Below the pieces are notes generated by a model. It did no database searches. It was given only the letters and a program-made list of their open reading frames with translations, and was not told where the DNA came from. Shown here piece by piece: positions 19,099 to 27,899 of a DNA stretch of 64,000 bases. The DNA comes from a virus (lineage: Duplodnaviria; Caudoviricetes). Every line of letters begins with the position of its first letter. Position 1 is the stretch's first letter. The stretch lies in the IMG/VR virus record IMGVR_UViG_3300005739_000025; one strand, written 5' to 3'. The position numbers were made by a program, and so were the translations under genes.

Positions 19099-22000
19099 AT
19101 GTCTATCTCAACAACAAATACAGAAAATTTAGGGGAAGCTAGAAGAACTCGTAACGTGTATGATAATTACGATAATTTATTATCTGTTGTAAAGTATGAT
19201 AAAAATGAAAGAGTTGATTATGTTTTAAAAACGAAAGGTAATGTCCCTGGCAAGGCCGTAGAAACACAAAAATTAGAACAAATACAAGTAGATATTAATA
19301 GATCAGCAACAAACTTGACAGCAGAATCAGCGACATTAAGAGCTAGAGTTTATAAAAACGATAATAGTAAAGTGTTTGAAACAGGTTTTATATACTGGGT
19401 AGGTAACCCCAGAGATAATGTTTTAGGAAAACCAAGAGTACGTAATATTTTTAATACACCAAATGTATTTAAAGGTAACTATTCTTTGAATATAACAGAT
19501 CTTCAAGATACAGCAACCTACAACTACAGAGCATACGTAATTCATGAATATGGGACAAATTATAGTGAAGTCAATCAATTTAATACCGTAGATTCAACTA
19601 CAATCTTTAGCATAGCAGGCGACAGATTTTCAGGACCATCCCCCCTTAAAGTAAATCTTTCTGCAATAAATGCAGGATTTGGCGACTTTACATACGCCTG
19701 GAATATGACAGGAGGCCAAATAGGTTTTAATTATCCGTTAAATAGTATCAATATAACAGCATCCGGTCAAGGGTACACCCCAACAACAAACAACTATACT
19801 CTACAGAGTATAACAATAGGAATGTCTGGTACTGCTTATGATATAACGGATAATATTATTGTTAGGGTAAATGGGATACCAACGCCTAGCTTAACGGCTA
19901 ATTTAGGATTTAACCCAACAACATTAACCTATGGTATTACATCAGTGAGCGTACCCAATGAGCCTTTATCTGGTTATCAAACTGATAATCTTAAAATTAC
20001 ATTCGTAGCACAGAGTAGTGCATCTCTTTTCTTTGTTGGGATAGGAGACAGTAATGATCTACCATATACAGATGAAGCCTTAATTGCTTCTTCTATTCAA
20101 ACATTAGATCCAGCGCCAGAATTTATTCTACATACAGGTGATATTAATCAAGAAGATCTATCAGGTAAATTTGTTGATAATTTTTTACCTCTTTGGAATT
20201 CATCCCCTTTAATATCTTCATTCTATCTTGCTTTTGGTAATCACGATTTACAAGGCGGGGATTACGGTAATTATCTTTTTGACTATTTACCTGCTACAAG
20301 AGAAAGCATAGGATCAACCAATAGAACAAATAAAAAATATTGTTATGATTTTGTTAAAGGGTTGTGTCATTTCTTTGTTATTAATACTGGTAATAATGAC
20401 ATACAAAGCTTAGGTACGGCTGGCGACCCATTCGCGAATATAAACAGTCAGCTTGATGAAATTATACCAAAAATTCAAGCATCAAATTCAAGATGGAAAA
20501 TATTCGTATGTCACAGACCACCTTATACTAATGATGTACAGCACAGACAAGGATTTTTTAATTACAACTCAACATTCTGGAATAACATTGAATCGAGGTT
20601 AAACTTTGAAAATTTAGGAATTGATGTTGTTTTAAATGGTCATGGCCAACAATATTCAGTGTTTCAAAAAAACGGTGTGTATTTTATACAAAACGGTTTT
20701 GGTGGAGCTAATAGAAGAGGTATATTAGAGCCTTTCGTACCTGAAACTGTAATAAATATTACCAATCTAGCCGGTTATATCAAATATTATGTAAGTTTTG
20801 ATGACTTTAGGTGGGAAGTTATTAATGTAGAAAATAATAACATTGTTGATGAGAGAACAATATCTAAAACAGGGACAGCTGGAATACCAGCCTCGGGTAC
20901 AGGTATAGGCGATTCTTACATAGTAACTAGAGAGAATAAAGTTTTAGTAAATAATGTTTATCAACCATCCTTATCAGCAATAACATATCTCGATCCTGAA
21001 ACTGGTTATTGGTCTGTTTCAACTATAAAATTTTTAACCGGTCCTATAATTTATAGTAATTCTGGTACAAGAGCAATAACACTATCAACTAATGGACCTG
21101 TCAACCAACCAGCAACTTTTACTGCCAATACTAGTATTGGTATTACTAATGCTGACTACTTAACTCGTACCATCACTCATACCTTCTCAACTGGAGGTAA
21201 TTTTATTGTTAGAGCTTTTGCAATACTAGGTAATAATATAGAAAAACAAGCGCAAAGAGTTGTTAGAGTAACTGGAACTTCTAACTTCCTACCTGAATGG
21301 CAATCTGTATTAACCTCACCATTCGCTAATAATGTTATTGCGGCGTATGACTTTCGTAACTTAGCCGGTTCACCTGGGATAAACGAGTATCCATTTTTGT
21401 TATATACCTTTGAACCTTCTTACGTTACAGTTGCTGGGTACAGTAATAACCCCGCTCAAAATAGAAGTTTATTTGTTAAATCCCCATTTATTCCTGATCC
21501 CCTTGCTGGAAGTATTGCTGTAGGTGGATATACAACACAAGGTATACCACTGAGATTAACGTCTAATAGCTATATACCTTTCGGTATAGGGGGGTATGAT
21601 ATTGGAGGTTATAATACAGAAAGTCTGTTTGGACAAGGTATAATAGAAAGTGGCAAGGCTTTAAGATTTGATCCTATACTTTTACCAGCTGGTTATTACT
21701 ATTCCGCTAACTACCCAGGAGGCTATTACGAATCTCAATCATGGTTTGCAGGTGGGGTAGGACTTGACGTTGCTTTTGATACACGTAGACCGTTCACTGT
21801 ATCAATGTGGGTAAATTATACAGAATTTAAAGATCCAGGTACTAAAATATTTTCAATTTTAGATTGGAGAAGTATGCCATACAGTATTACCCAATCTACA
21901 ACTGCTTTAAGTATATTTAAAAATGCATTTAACAATGAAATTATTGCAGGGTATGGTGGTGAAGAACCAGTTGCTGGTTATTTTACTGGCTATCCGATGT

Positions 22001-23913
22001 TATGTACTTGTGACCCTGCAAAAATGCTTACTCCAAATCAATGGAATCACATGGTTGTTACAAGAGATAATAATAGTATTTATAGTTATTATAAAAATGG
22101 TTCGCTTATGCTTTCCGGGACACCTGGAATGGGATTGTGGGGTAATGAAATTATATCCGGGCCTAGTAGCTTTCACGGTACATCTTTTACATTTGATGGT
22201 GCCGCGGGCTATTCTTCTGGTATCCTTGTAGGAAATACTACAGAGTTGTTGTCTCAAACAGCACCTCCAAGCGGTTTATTTGACTCCCTAGCAATTTGGA
22301 GAAAGGCTCTTAATCAAAATGAAGTTACAGAGCTTTATAATTCTGGAGCAGGTACTGAAGATTTTGCTTTTTATAAGCCTATAGTAGGACCAAAACTATG
22401 GCTCGGCGGCAGAGGTCAATTTAACAGAGAATTTGCTAATAGATTTCAAGATTATAGACCAACCATTAATACAACATTTGAATATAAAGGAGACTCATAT
22501 TGGGATAATGTAAGTTTGTATGCTCAATTTGATGGTACAGAAGCTTCTACAAATATTATAGATTCATCTAGTAATGCTGTAGAGTTATCGTCAACTAATG
22601 TAACAATATCTACAAATACTAAAAAATACGGATCTGGCTCAGGTTTCTTTAATGGTACAAGTTGTGCAATTACAACTCTATCTAGCGAAGATTATTGTCA
22701 TTTCGATGATGATGACTTTACAATTGAGTGGTGGGATTATATAGCAGGTTATTCAGGTTTTAGTAATTATAGTCCAATACTATTTTACGGCAACCCGGGA
22801 TTTTTACAACTTAATTCTATACCAGATGAAGAAAGATTTAATACATCTTTAGGTATAGCATACCATGGCAACAGAGATGATCATGTTGTAGTTTGGGTTG
22901 GTGGTTATCCAAACACTAAATTATATTTTAATACTGGTAGTAGAAGTCTCTCTACATGGAGTCATAACGCCTTAACAAGAAGTGGTTCTACATGGAGATT
23001 TTTTAGAGACGGTTTTTCAACTAATTTAAATTTTGGTAGTAGTAGGATTGGAGGCTATGGTGTTGTTGGGGGTCCAAGAACAGGCAGCATCGGCACAGCT
23101 TACATAGGGGGATATGAAAGTTTAAGAAATACTAATTTAGGACCACAACAATATTATTTTAATGGTTACATTGATGATTTAAGAATTACAAAACATGTAG
23201 CACGTTACACAACAAACTTTGTAGTACCCACAACATCATATCCTGTAGAACTGGGCGATATAATCGGTACAAGATTTAATAGAAATATGCCCCAAGGTCA
23301 GGCAGGATCCTTTGCAGTGGCACAAGAAACGGTTCCTGTAACATACCCCCATACACTAGTATTTGTAGGAAAAGCTGACGTAACAATTGGAAGTAGAACT
23401 ATTTTTCAAAACATACAAACAACATATAGTGATCAAAATATAAATCCTGATTTAAGAGGCGGTCAACAAATAGAAAGAGCTATCTTTAGTCGTGGAACTT
23501 TATTTGAAAATATTCCAGGATTATCCCCATCAAACGCACAAATAGATGCTAATGTAGGGGGATATTATACACCAACGGGCAATGAATGGTTTTACATTTC
23601 ATACAGTTTCCTAGGGCCAAACAACAATGATAATATTAGATATTATCTACAAACACCAACTGTATCAGGAGAAGGCATTCTCAACGGCTACAACGCACCA
23701 GGGTTTAATGGAATACCCGGGTTTGGTCTCGGAGGCTATGCTTTAGCTGGATATACTGGTAATTTAAATTCTATTCATCAAAATGCAAATATTATTCAAG
23801 GTATTGCAAGACTTGGAATTTATATTAATCAAGGTTTCCCTACACATAGTGACATGGTGTCATTATTCCAAACAGTAACTGCAGGCCCTGCCAACGATTT
23901 ACCATTACAATAA
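19099..23913 (+). CDS. Large multidomain virion/tail protein: Ig/FN3-like, metallophosphoesterase, PKD-like and two LamG/ConA-like domains
   Basis: Phosphoesterase motifs GDSN, HTGDIN, GNHD, CHRPPY, NGHGQ; LamG motifs FTVSMWVN...WNHMVVTR...DSLAIWRKAL and DFTIEWW...FNGYIDDLRITK. Confidence 0.75.
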   Translation: MSISTTNTENLGEARRTRNVYDNYDNLLSVVKYDKNERVDYVLKTKGNVPGKAVETQKLEQIQVDINRSATNLTAESATLRARVYKNDNSKVFETGFIYWVGNPRDNVLGKPRVRNIFNTPNVFKGNYSLNITDLQDTATYNYRAYVIHEYGTNYSEVNQFNTVDSTTIFSIAGDRFSGPSPLKVNLSAINAGFGDFTYAWNMTGGQIGFNYPLNSINITASGQGYTPTTNNYTLQSITIGMSGTAYDITDNIIVRVNGIPTPSLTANLGFNPTTLTYGITSVSVPNEPLSGYQTDNLKITFVAQSSASLFFVGIGDSNDLPYTDEALIASSIQTLDPAPEFILHTGDINQEDLSGKFVDNFLPLWNSSPLISSFYLAFGNHDLQGGDYGNYLFDYLPATRESIGSTNRTNKKYCYDFVKGLCHFFVINTGNNDIQSLGTAGDPFANINSQLDEIIPKIQASNSRWKIFVCHRPPYTNDVQHRQGFFNYNSTFWNNIESRLNFENLGIDVVLNGHGQQYSVFQKNGVYFIQNGFGGANRRGILEPFVPETVINITNLAGYIKYYVSFDDFRWEVINVENNNIVDERTISKTGTAGIPASGTGIGDSYIVTRENKVLVNNVYQPSLSAITYLDPETGYWSVSTIKFLTGPIIYSNSGTRAITLSTNGPVNQPATFTANTSIGITNADYLTRTITHTFSTGGNFIVRAFAILGNNIEKQAQRVVRVTGTSNFLPEWQSVLTSPFANNVIAAYDFRNLAGSPGINEYPFLLYTFEPSYVTVAGYSNNPAQNRSLFVKSPFIPDPLAGSIAVGGYTTQGIPLRLTSNSYIPFGIGGYDIGGYNTESLFGQGIIESGKALRFDPILLPAGYYYSANYPGGYYESQSWFAGGVGLDVAFDTRRPFTVSMWVNYTEFKDPGTKIFSILDWRSMPYSITQSTTALSIFKNAFNNEIIAGYGGEEPVAGYFTGYPMLCTCDPAKMLTPNQWNHMVVTRDNNSIYSYYKNGSLMLSGTPGMGLWGNEIISGPSSFHGTSFTFDGAAGYSSGILVGNTTELLSQTAPPSGLFDSLAIWRKALNQNEVTELYNSGAGTEDFAFYKPIVGPKLWLGGRGQFNREFANRFQDYRPTINTTFEYKGDSYWDNVSLYAQFDGTEASTNIIDSSSNAVELSSTNVTISTNTKKYGSGSGFFNGTSCAITTLSSEDYCHFDDDDFTIEWWDYIAGYSGFSNYSPILFYGNPGFLQLNSIPDEERFNTSLGIAYHGNRDDHVVVWVGGYPNTKLYFNTGSRSLSTWSHNALTRSGSTWRFFRDGFSTNLNFGSSRIGGYGVVGGPRTGSIGTAYIGGYESLRNTNLGPQQYYFNGYIDDLRITKHVARYTTNFVVPTTSYPVELGDIIGTRFNRNMPQGQAGSFAVAQETVPVTYPHTLVFVGKADVTIGSRTIFQNIQTTYSDQNINPDLRGGQQIERAIFSRGTLFENIPGLSPSNAQIDANVGGYYTPTGNEWFYISYSFLGPNNNDNIRYYLQTPTVSGEGILNGYNAPGFNGIPGFGLGGYALAGYTGNLNSIHQNANIIQGIARLGIYINQGFPTHSDMVSLFQTVTAGPANDLPLQ

Positions 23914-23921
23914 ATATACAT

Positions 23922-24917
23922 ATGAGAGTTAACTTAAACAAAGTTGCAGAACAGATTATACCTGAATACTGTCATAAGCAATTTGTTGACAATGTTTCGG
24001 AAATATCTCTACCACCCCTGTATCGTGGTGCACTTAGAACCTTTTACCCGTCTACAATTAAAAGACAGAAAAGTGGAGATAAACTTCGTAGATATATATT
24101 TACCTACAATTCAAACGGTAAGTTTGATTTTATTGCTACAAGACACGGGCAAAGAAACGGTGGTAATAATATAAGACCAGATGAAGTACAGTTAAATGTT
24201 ACATTAACAGACCCGGAAAATAATTTTGCAGTACTTAAAAGCAGAAATTTTAATAAAGTTTCTAATAATGTTTATACTTTTGGCCAGGTTACAAGAATTA
24301 TATATGTAAATCAAACTTATTACTGGCAAGAAAGACTTCCCGAGGATAATATTTTTAATAGTTTATATTATTCAGCACCAACAACAAATTCTTTAGAAAA
24401 TGCTGATAAAGAAAACGATGTAAACTGGTTTCAATTTGGTACAAATAAATATGTAATTGCAAATAGCACAGGCGTCGGTTTCTATAATAATAATACTTTA
24501 GTAGGTTTAAATAGTTGGCCTATTAAAAATGAAGAAATAAAAGTAAAAAGATATATTACACAGGATAGTCAAAATGTAAATTCTTTTTCTACTGATCTTG
24601 TTACTGAGACAAGACCAGTAATGCTTGACGACTCATATTTACATAAATGCTTTAACAATGTAAAGCTCGATGCTTATGACACGGTATTCGTAGAGGTATT
24701 ATGGAAAGAATACACCAATAAAACATCATTTAGAGCGAGTAAGCCAATATGGATTGGTGAATCATTTACTATTCCAGTACTAAAAGGTAGAGTTTATAGA
24801 GTCGGGACTTTGGCAAAGAGTAATGGCGTTAATGATTATGACGTCGTAACATTTGCACAAAGGACAAAAATTAAAACAACAAGAAATAAAAGAGGAGGAA
24901 ATACAGTTTATAGATAA
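23922..24917 (+). CDS. Hypothetical late protein directly upstream of the group I ribozyme
   Basis: 331-aa ORF; TAAATA 5 nt before ATG; no family recognised. Confidence 0.7.
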   Translation: MRVNLNKVAEQIIPEYCHKQFVDNVSEISLPPLYRGALRTFYPSTIKRQKSGDKLRRYIFTYNSNGKFDFIATRHGQRNGGNNIRPDEVQLNVTLTDPENNFAVLKSRNFNKVSNNVYTFGQVTRIIYVNQTYYWQERLPEDNIFNSLYYSAPTTNSLENADKENDVNWFQFGTNKYVIANSTGVGFYNNNTLVGLNSWPIKNEEIKVKRYITQDSQNVNSFSTDLVTETRPVMLDDSYLHKCFNNVKLDAYDTVFVEVLWKEYTNKTSFRASKPIWIGESFTIPVLKGRVYRVGTLAKSNGVNDYDVVTFAQRTKIKTTRNKRGGNTVYR

Positions 24918-24936
24918 AATGTAAAAAAATAATTTA

Positions 24937-25128
24937 GGCCCGTACTGGGTGAATTCGGTGAAGCCGTAACGTAAAGACGATGGTAATACCGAGCCAAGTT
25001 AGAAGCCAACTTCTAAAAGGTGTAGAGACTACTGGAGGTAAAATGGTTTACCTTAATAACCAGCTAGAGCGCCCAGCAGTACATTACTGAAGATATAGTC
25101 CACCCGTTGAGAAATCAATGAATATGTG
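24937..25128 (+). ncRNA. Group I intron/ribozyme catalytic core (IA-like, P7.1 insertion), no homing endonuclease
   Basis: P3 CUGGGUG(24945-51)/CGCCCAG(25070-76); P4 UUCGGU/ACCGAG; P5 GCCGU/AUGGU; P6a UUAGAAG-CCAA-CUUCUAA; J6/7-P7 GUAGA-GACUA(25027-31) with AAGAUA-UAGUC(25090-100); P7.1 AGGUAAA/UUUACCU; P8 CAGUA/UACUG; P9 CGUUGA-GAAA-UCAAUG; P9.0 AC(25102-03)/GU(25126-27) places omega-G at 25128. Confidence 0.9.
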
Positions 25129-25150
25129 TTGCCGTTAGGCGAAGGGGTCA

Positions 25151-27856
25151 ATGACACAAAACAGTGAGATAAGAGTATTAAATGAAATACTTAAAGACGG
25201 AATACGTATCAACGACGTAGAGCGTGATAACGTACAAAAATTCCGTGTATCAACTCCACAAGCAATGATTGATACCGATTTTGAATACTCATTGCAAGGT
25301 ACAAAATGGGAATTAGTTAACTTAAACAACAACGTACCTTCAGTATTTGCTCGTGCCAATGAACCTGCTTATACAGCAGAGCAAGTGAATAGCATTACTA
25401 TTTCACCTAGCGGTAGTAGAGATGTGGTAGTATCTGTTAATATTCAACCTGGAATTCCTTTTGCGGTTGGCAATCCTATCGTTTTAAAGGAAACAGCTGA
25501 CACAACTTATGTTGATGGTGCTTATGTAATTAAGGCCCTATCCGGTTCAAGAGCTTTTATTGTTACAACTAAATCTCCTGGTCCACTTTCTACCATAGGC
25601 ACTAACTTTAAAACCCCTTATACCACAATTTTTACAGGAGACTTCTATACCAATTCCCAAATTCTAACTTTAGGCCTTTCTGCTATATCAGGTACTAAAG
25701 ATGCAGTTATAGAATTTACTGAGCCGCACGCATTATTTTTGGATTCACCGATTACTGTAATTGACGTAGACAAGCCAGGAGCTACTTACATAGGCTCATT
25801 CAAAGTAAAAGACGTTTTATCAGATAGTATGGTAACGTTTGTTACAGATGAATCAAATAATTATGATAACAACAACTCTTTAGTTGAAAAACTTTCTAGT
25901 TTAAGAGTGTATGCTCGCGGTGAGGGAGTTGCAATACATAGATTTTTTGATGGTGGTGTACAAATTAACCCGGGTACAGCTTCACCAAACGCTCAAATTA
26001 TACGTCAAACAAGAAAATATTTTAGATACCAATCAGGTAAAAGCATGCAGTTTAGTACTGGAGTACTGTTAAAGCCTGTTTACGAAGTTACTAATGCTTA
26101 TGTTGACACAACAAATTTTGACTTATCTACATATTCTTTTTATGATTTTATTATAACCACAGAACAGTACCACGGGTTCTCTCCTGTTGATAGTCACCGT
26201 CAAGGTGCTATAGTTGAATTGGTTGGTTTTACTGTTACTAACGGTACAAACCCCTACAATAAAAGATTTGAAGTAGCGGAAGTAATAAATTCAAAAACAT
26301 TTAAAGTTAAAATACCGGTTAGTGAATTTAATCCATTTCCAACAACAGACTTAAACCCAGGTGGTATTGCAGAAGTAGAAGTTCAAGGTTGGAACGATGC
26401 AACAGTAAGAACTGGTATGTTTGATGATCAAAACGGAATATTTTTTGAATGTGATGGGGAGTCATTAACTGTGGTAAAAAGATATAGTACCACACCAACT
26501 AATGGAACAGTAAGTGTAAAAACAGGAAAGAGGTTAATGACATCTTTTGATGGAAATACCAAATTTAAAACTCAATTTACTGAAAATGATTACGCTGTAA
26601 TAAGAGGACAGTCTTACATGTTTTCTAGTATAGTAAATGACACTTCGGCTTACATAGTCCCTGCTTACAGAGGACCTGATGCTGATAATATAAAGATTTA
26701 TAAAACCTTAGAAGAAAGAATTAAACAAAGTGAATTTAATTTAGATAAACTTGACGGTACAGGTCCTTCTGGGTATGTTCTTGATTTAACAAGAATGCAA
26801 ATGGTGTTTATTGATTATTCTTGGTATGGAGCCGGAAAGATTAGATTCGGTGTCAGATCTACTGATGGTATTATTATATATTTCCACGAGATCTCCAATA
26901 ATAACGTTAACAGAAAAGCCTATATGCGCTCTGGTAATTTGCCTGGCCGTTTTGAAATTCAAAGCCGATCAAAAACAGGCACACTATTAACCTCTCTATC
27001 AACTAACACTTTGAGCGCGTTAGTATCTTTTACAGATGCTGCAAAGTTGCCTGAAAAAGGACGTATTATTGTAAACAATGAGTATATAAAATATACAAAA
27101 TCAATAACATCCACCAACAATGGTTTAATATTAAATTTCGATCAAAGAAATACAGCTAATCTATTAAATGGTCCTGTTACGGCTAACGTAGGAGATGGTT
27201 TTATATCTTATAATCAAAATTGTTCTCCAGCATTAAGTCATTGGGGTGTTTCAGTTATTATGGATGGTAATTTTGATCCAGACAAATCATATCTTTTTAC
27301 TGCTGCTACTTCTGGTAACTTTGCTGTTACACCTGATGAAAGAGCAATTTTATCAATTCGATTAGCACCGTCTGTAGATTTTGGTATTCCAGGATCTTTC
27401 GGTGTAAGAAGTCTTGTAAATAGATCATTAATTACACTAAAAAGTATAGGCGTTGCAGTAACAAGACCATCTCAGATTATAGCTAGAGTAAACGTAGAAG
27501 ATTCAAGATTTAAAATAGACAATAATTGGCTACCGGCCGGTAACGGTAGTATTGCTCAATATATGGATCATACTGGTTCTACAGGTACCTTCTCTGCATC
27601 TGGTAGAGGCGGAGACGTTGTGGCAGCGTTTTATATCACTCCAAATATTAACTTCGGTACAACTAGTAGAATTTGGATTAACGACGCATTTGATATTGAT
27701 GTTATTAGAGAATTGGGCAATAGTATTTTAGGTGGTAATAATTCATACCCTGATGGACCTGATATTCTCACATTATTTGTAAGAACTATCGAGGGTACAG
27801 GTAGTACTAACGGGGAAGCACGTGCTAGAATTTCCTGGACAGAAGCTCAAGGCTAA
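25151..27856 (+). CDS. Large virion structural protein, paralog of 12335..14041
   Basis: FRVSTPQAMIDTDFEY, RQTRKYFRYQSGKS, IDYSWYGAGKIRFG motifs; ends SWTEAQG. Confidence 0.7.
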   Translation: MTQNSEIRVLNEILKDGIRINDVERDNVQKFRVSTPQAMIDTDFEYSLQGTKWELVNLNNNVPSVFARANEPAYTAEQVNSITISPSGSRDVVVSVNIQPGIPFAVGNPIVLKETADTTYVDGAYVIKALSGSRAFIVTTKSPGPLSTIGTNFKTPYTTIFTGDFYTNSQILTLGLSAISGTKDAVIEFTEPHALFLDSPITVIDVDKPGATYIGSFKVKDVLSDSMVTFVTDESNNYDNNNSLVEKLSSLRVYARGEGVAIHRFFDGGVQINPGTASPNAQIIRQTRKYFRYQSGKSMQFSTGVLLKPVYEVTNAYVDTTNFDLSTYSFYDFIITTEQYHGFSPVDSHRQGAIVELVGFTVTNGTNPYNKRFEVAEVINSKTFKVKIPVSEFNPFPTTDLNPGGIAEVEVQGWNDATVRTGMFDDQNGIFFECDGESLTVVKRYSTTPTNGTVSVKTGKRLMTSFDGNTKFKTQFTENDYAVIRGQSYMFSSIVNDTSAYIVPAYRGPDADNIKIYKTLEERIKQSEFNLDKLDGTGPSGYVLDLTRMQMVFIDYSWYGAGKIRFGVRSTDGIIIYFHEISNNNVNRKAYMRSGNLPGRFEIQSRSKTGTLLTSLSTNTLSALVSFTDAAKLPEKGRIIVNNEYIKYTKSITSTNNGLILNFDQRNTANLLNGPVTANVGDGFISYNQNCSPALSHWGVSVIMDGNFDPDKSYLFTAATSGNFAVTPDERAILSIRLAPSVDFGIPGSFGVRSLVNRSLITLKSIGVAVTRPSQIIARVNVEDSRFKIDNNWLPAGNGSIAQYMDHTGSTGTFSASGRGGDVVAAFYITPNINFGTTSRIWINDAFDIDVIRELGNSILGGNNSYPDGPDILTLFVRTIEGTGSTNGEARARISWTEAQG

Positions 27857-27899
27857 CAAATTCAGTTGAAATAGCTTATCTAAAGGATAAGTTTTATAA

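Noticed and set aside
23922-24917. 331-aa ORF as an intron-encoded homing endonuclease in an enlarged P1 loop
   Set aside because: No GIY-YIG, HNH, LAGLIDADG or PD-(D/E)xK motif recognised, and the upstream 1604-aa gene ends normally
24919-24924. ATG-TAA minigene, and a splice U24922|G25139 that would give MSKGSMTQ... fused to the 901-aa ORF
   Set aside because: No U.G-containing P1 can be built for U24922, and P9.0 geometry favours omega-G at 25128 rather than 25139
24915-25154. Splice inside the stop codon (U24915|G25128) giving ...YRFAVRRRGQ* with an ATGA overlap on the next gene
   Set aside because: The frame is attractive, but no P1 pairing exists for U24915
25135-25359. Antisense 74-aa ORF overlapping the ribozyme 3' end
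   Set aside because: It lies almost wholly opposite a strongly supported gene, with no promoter motif or recognisable protein features
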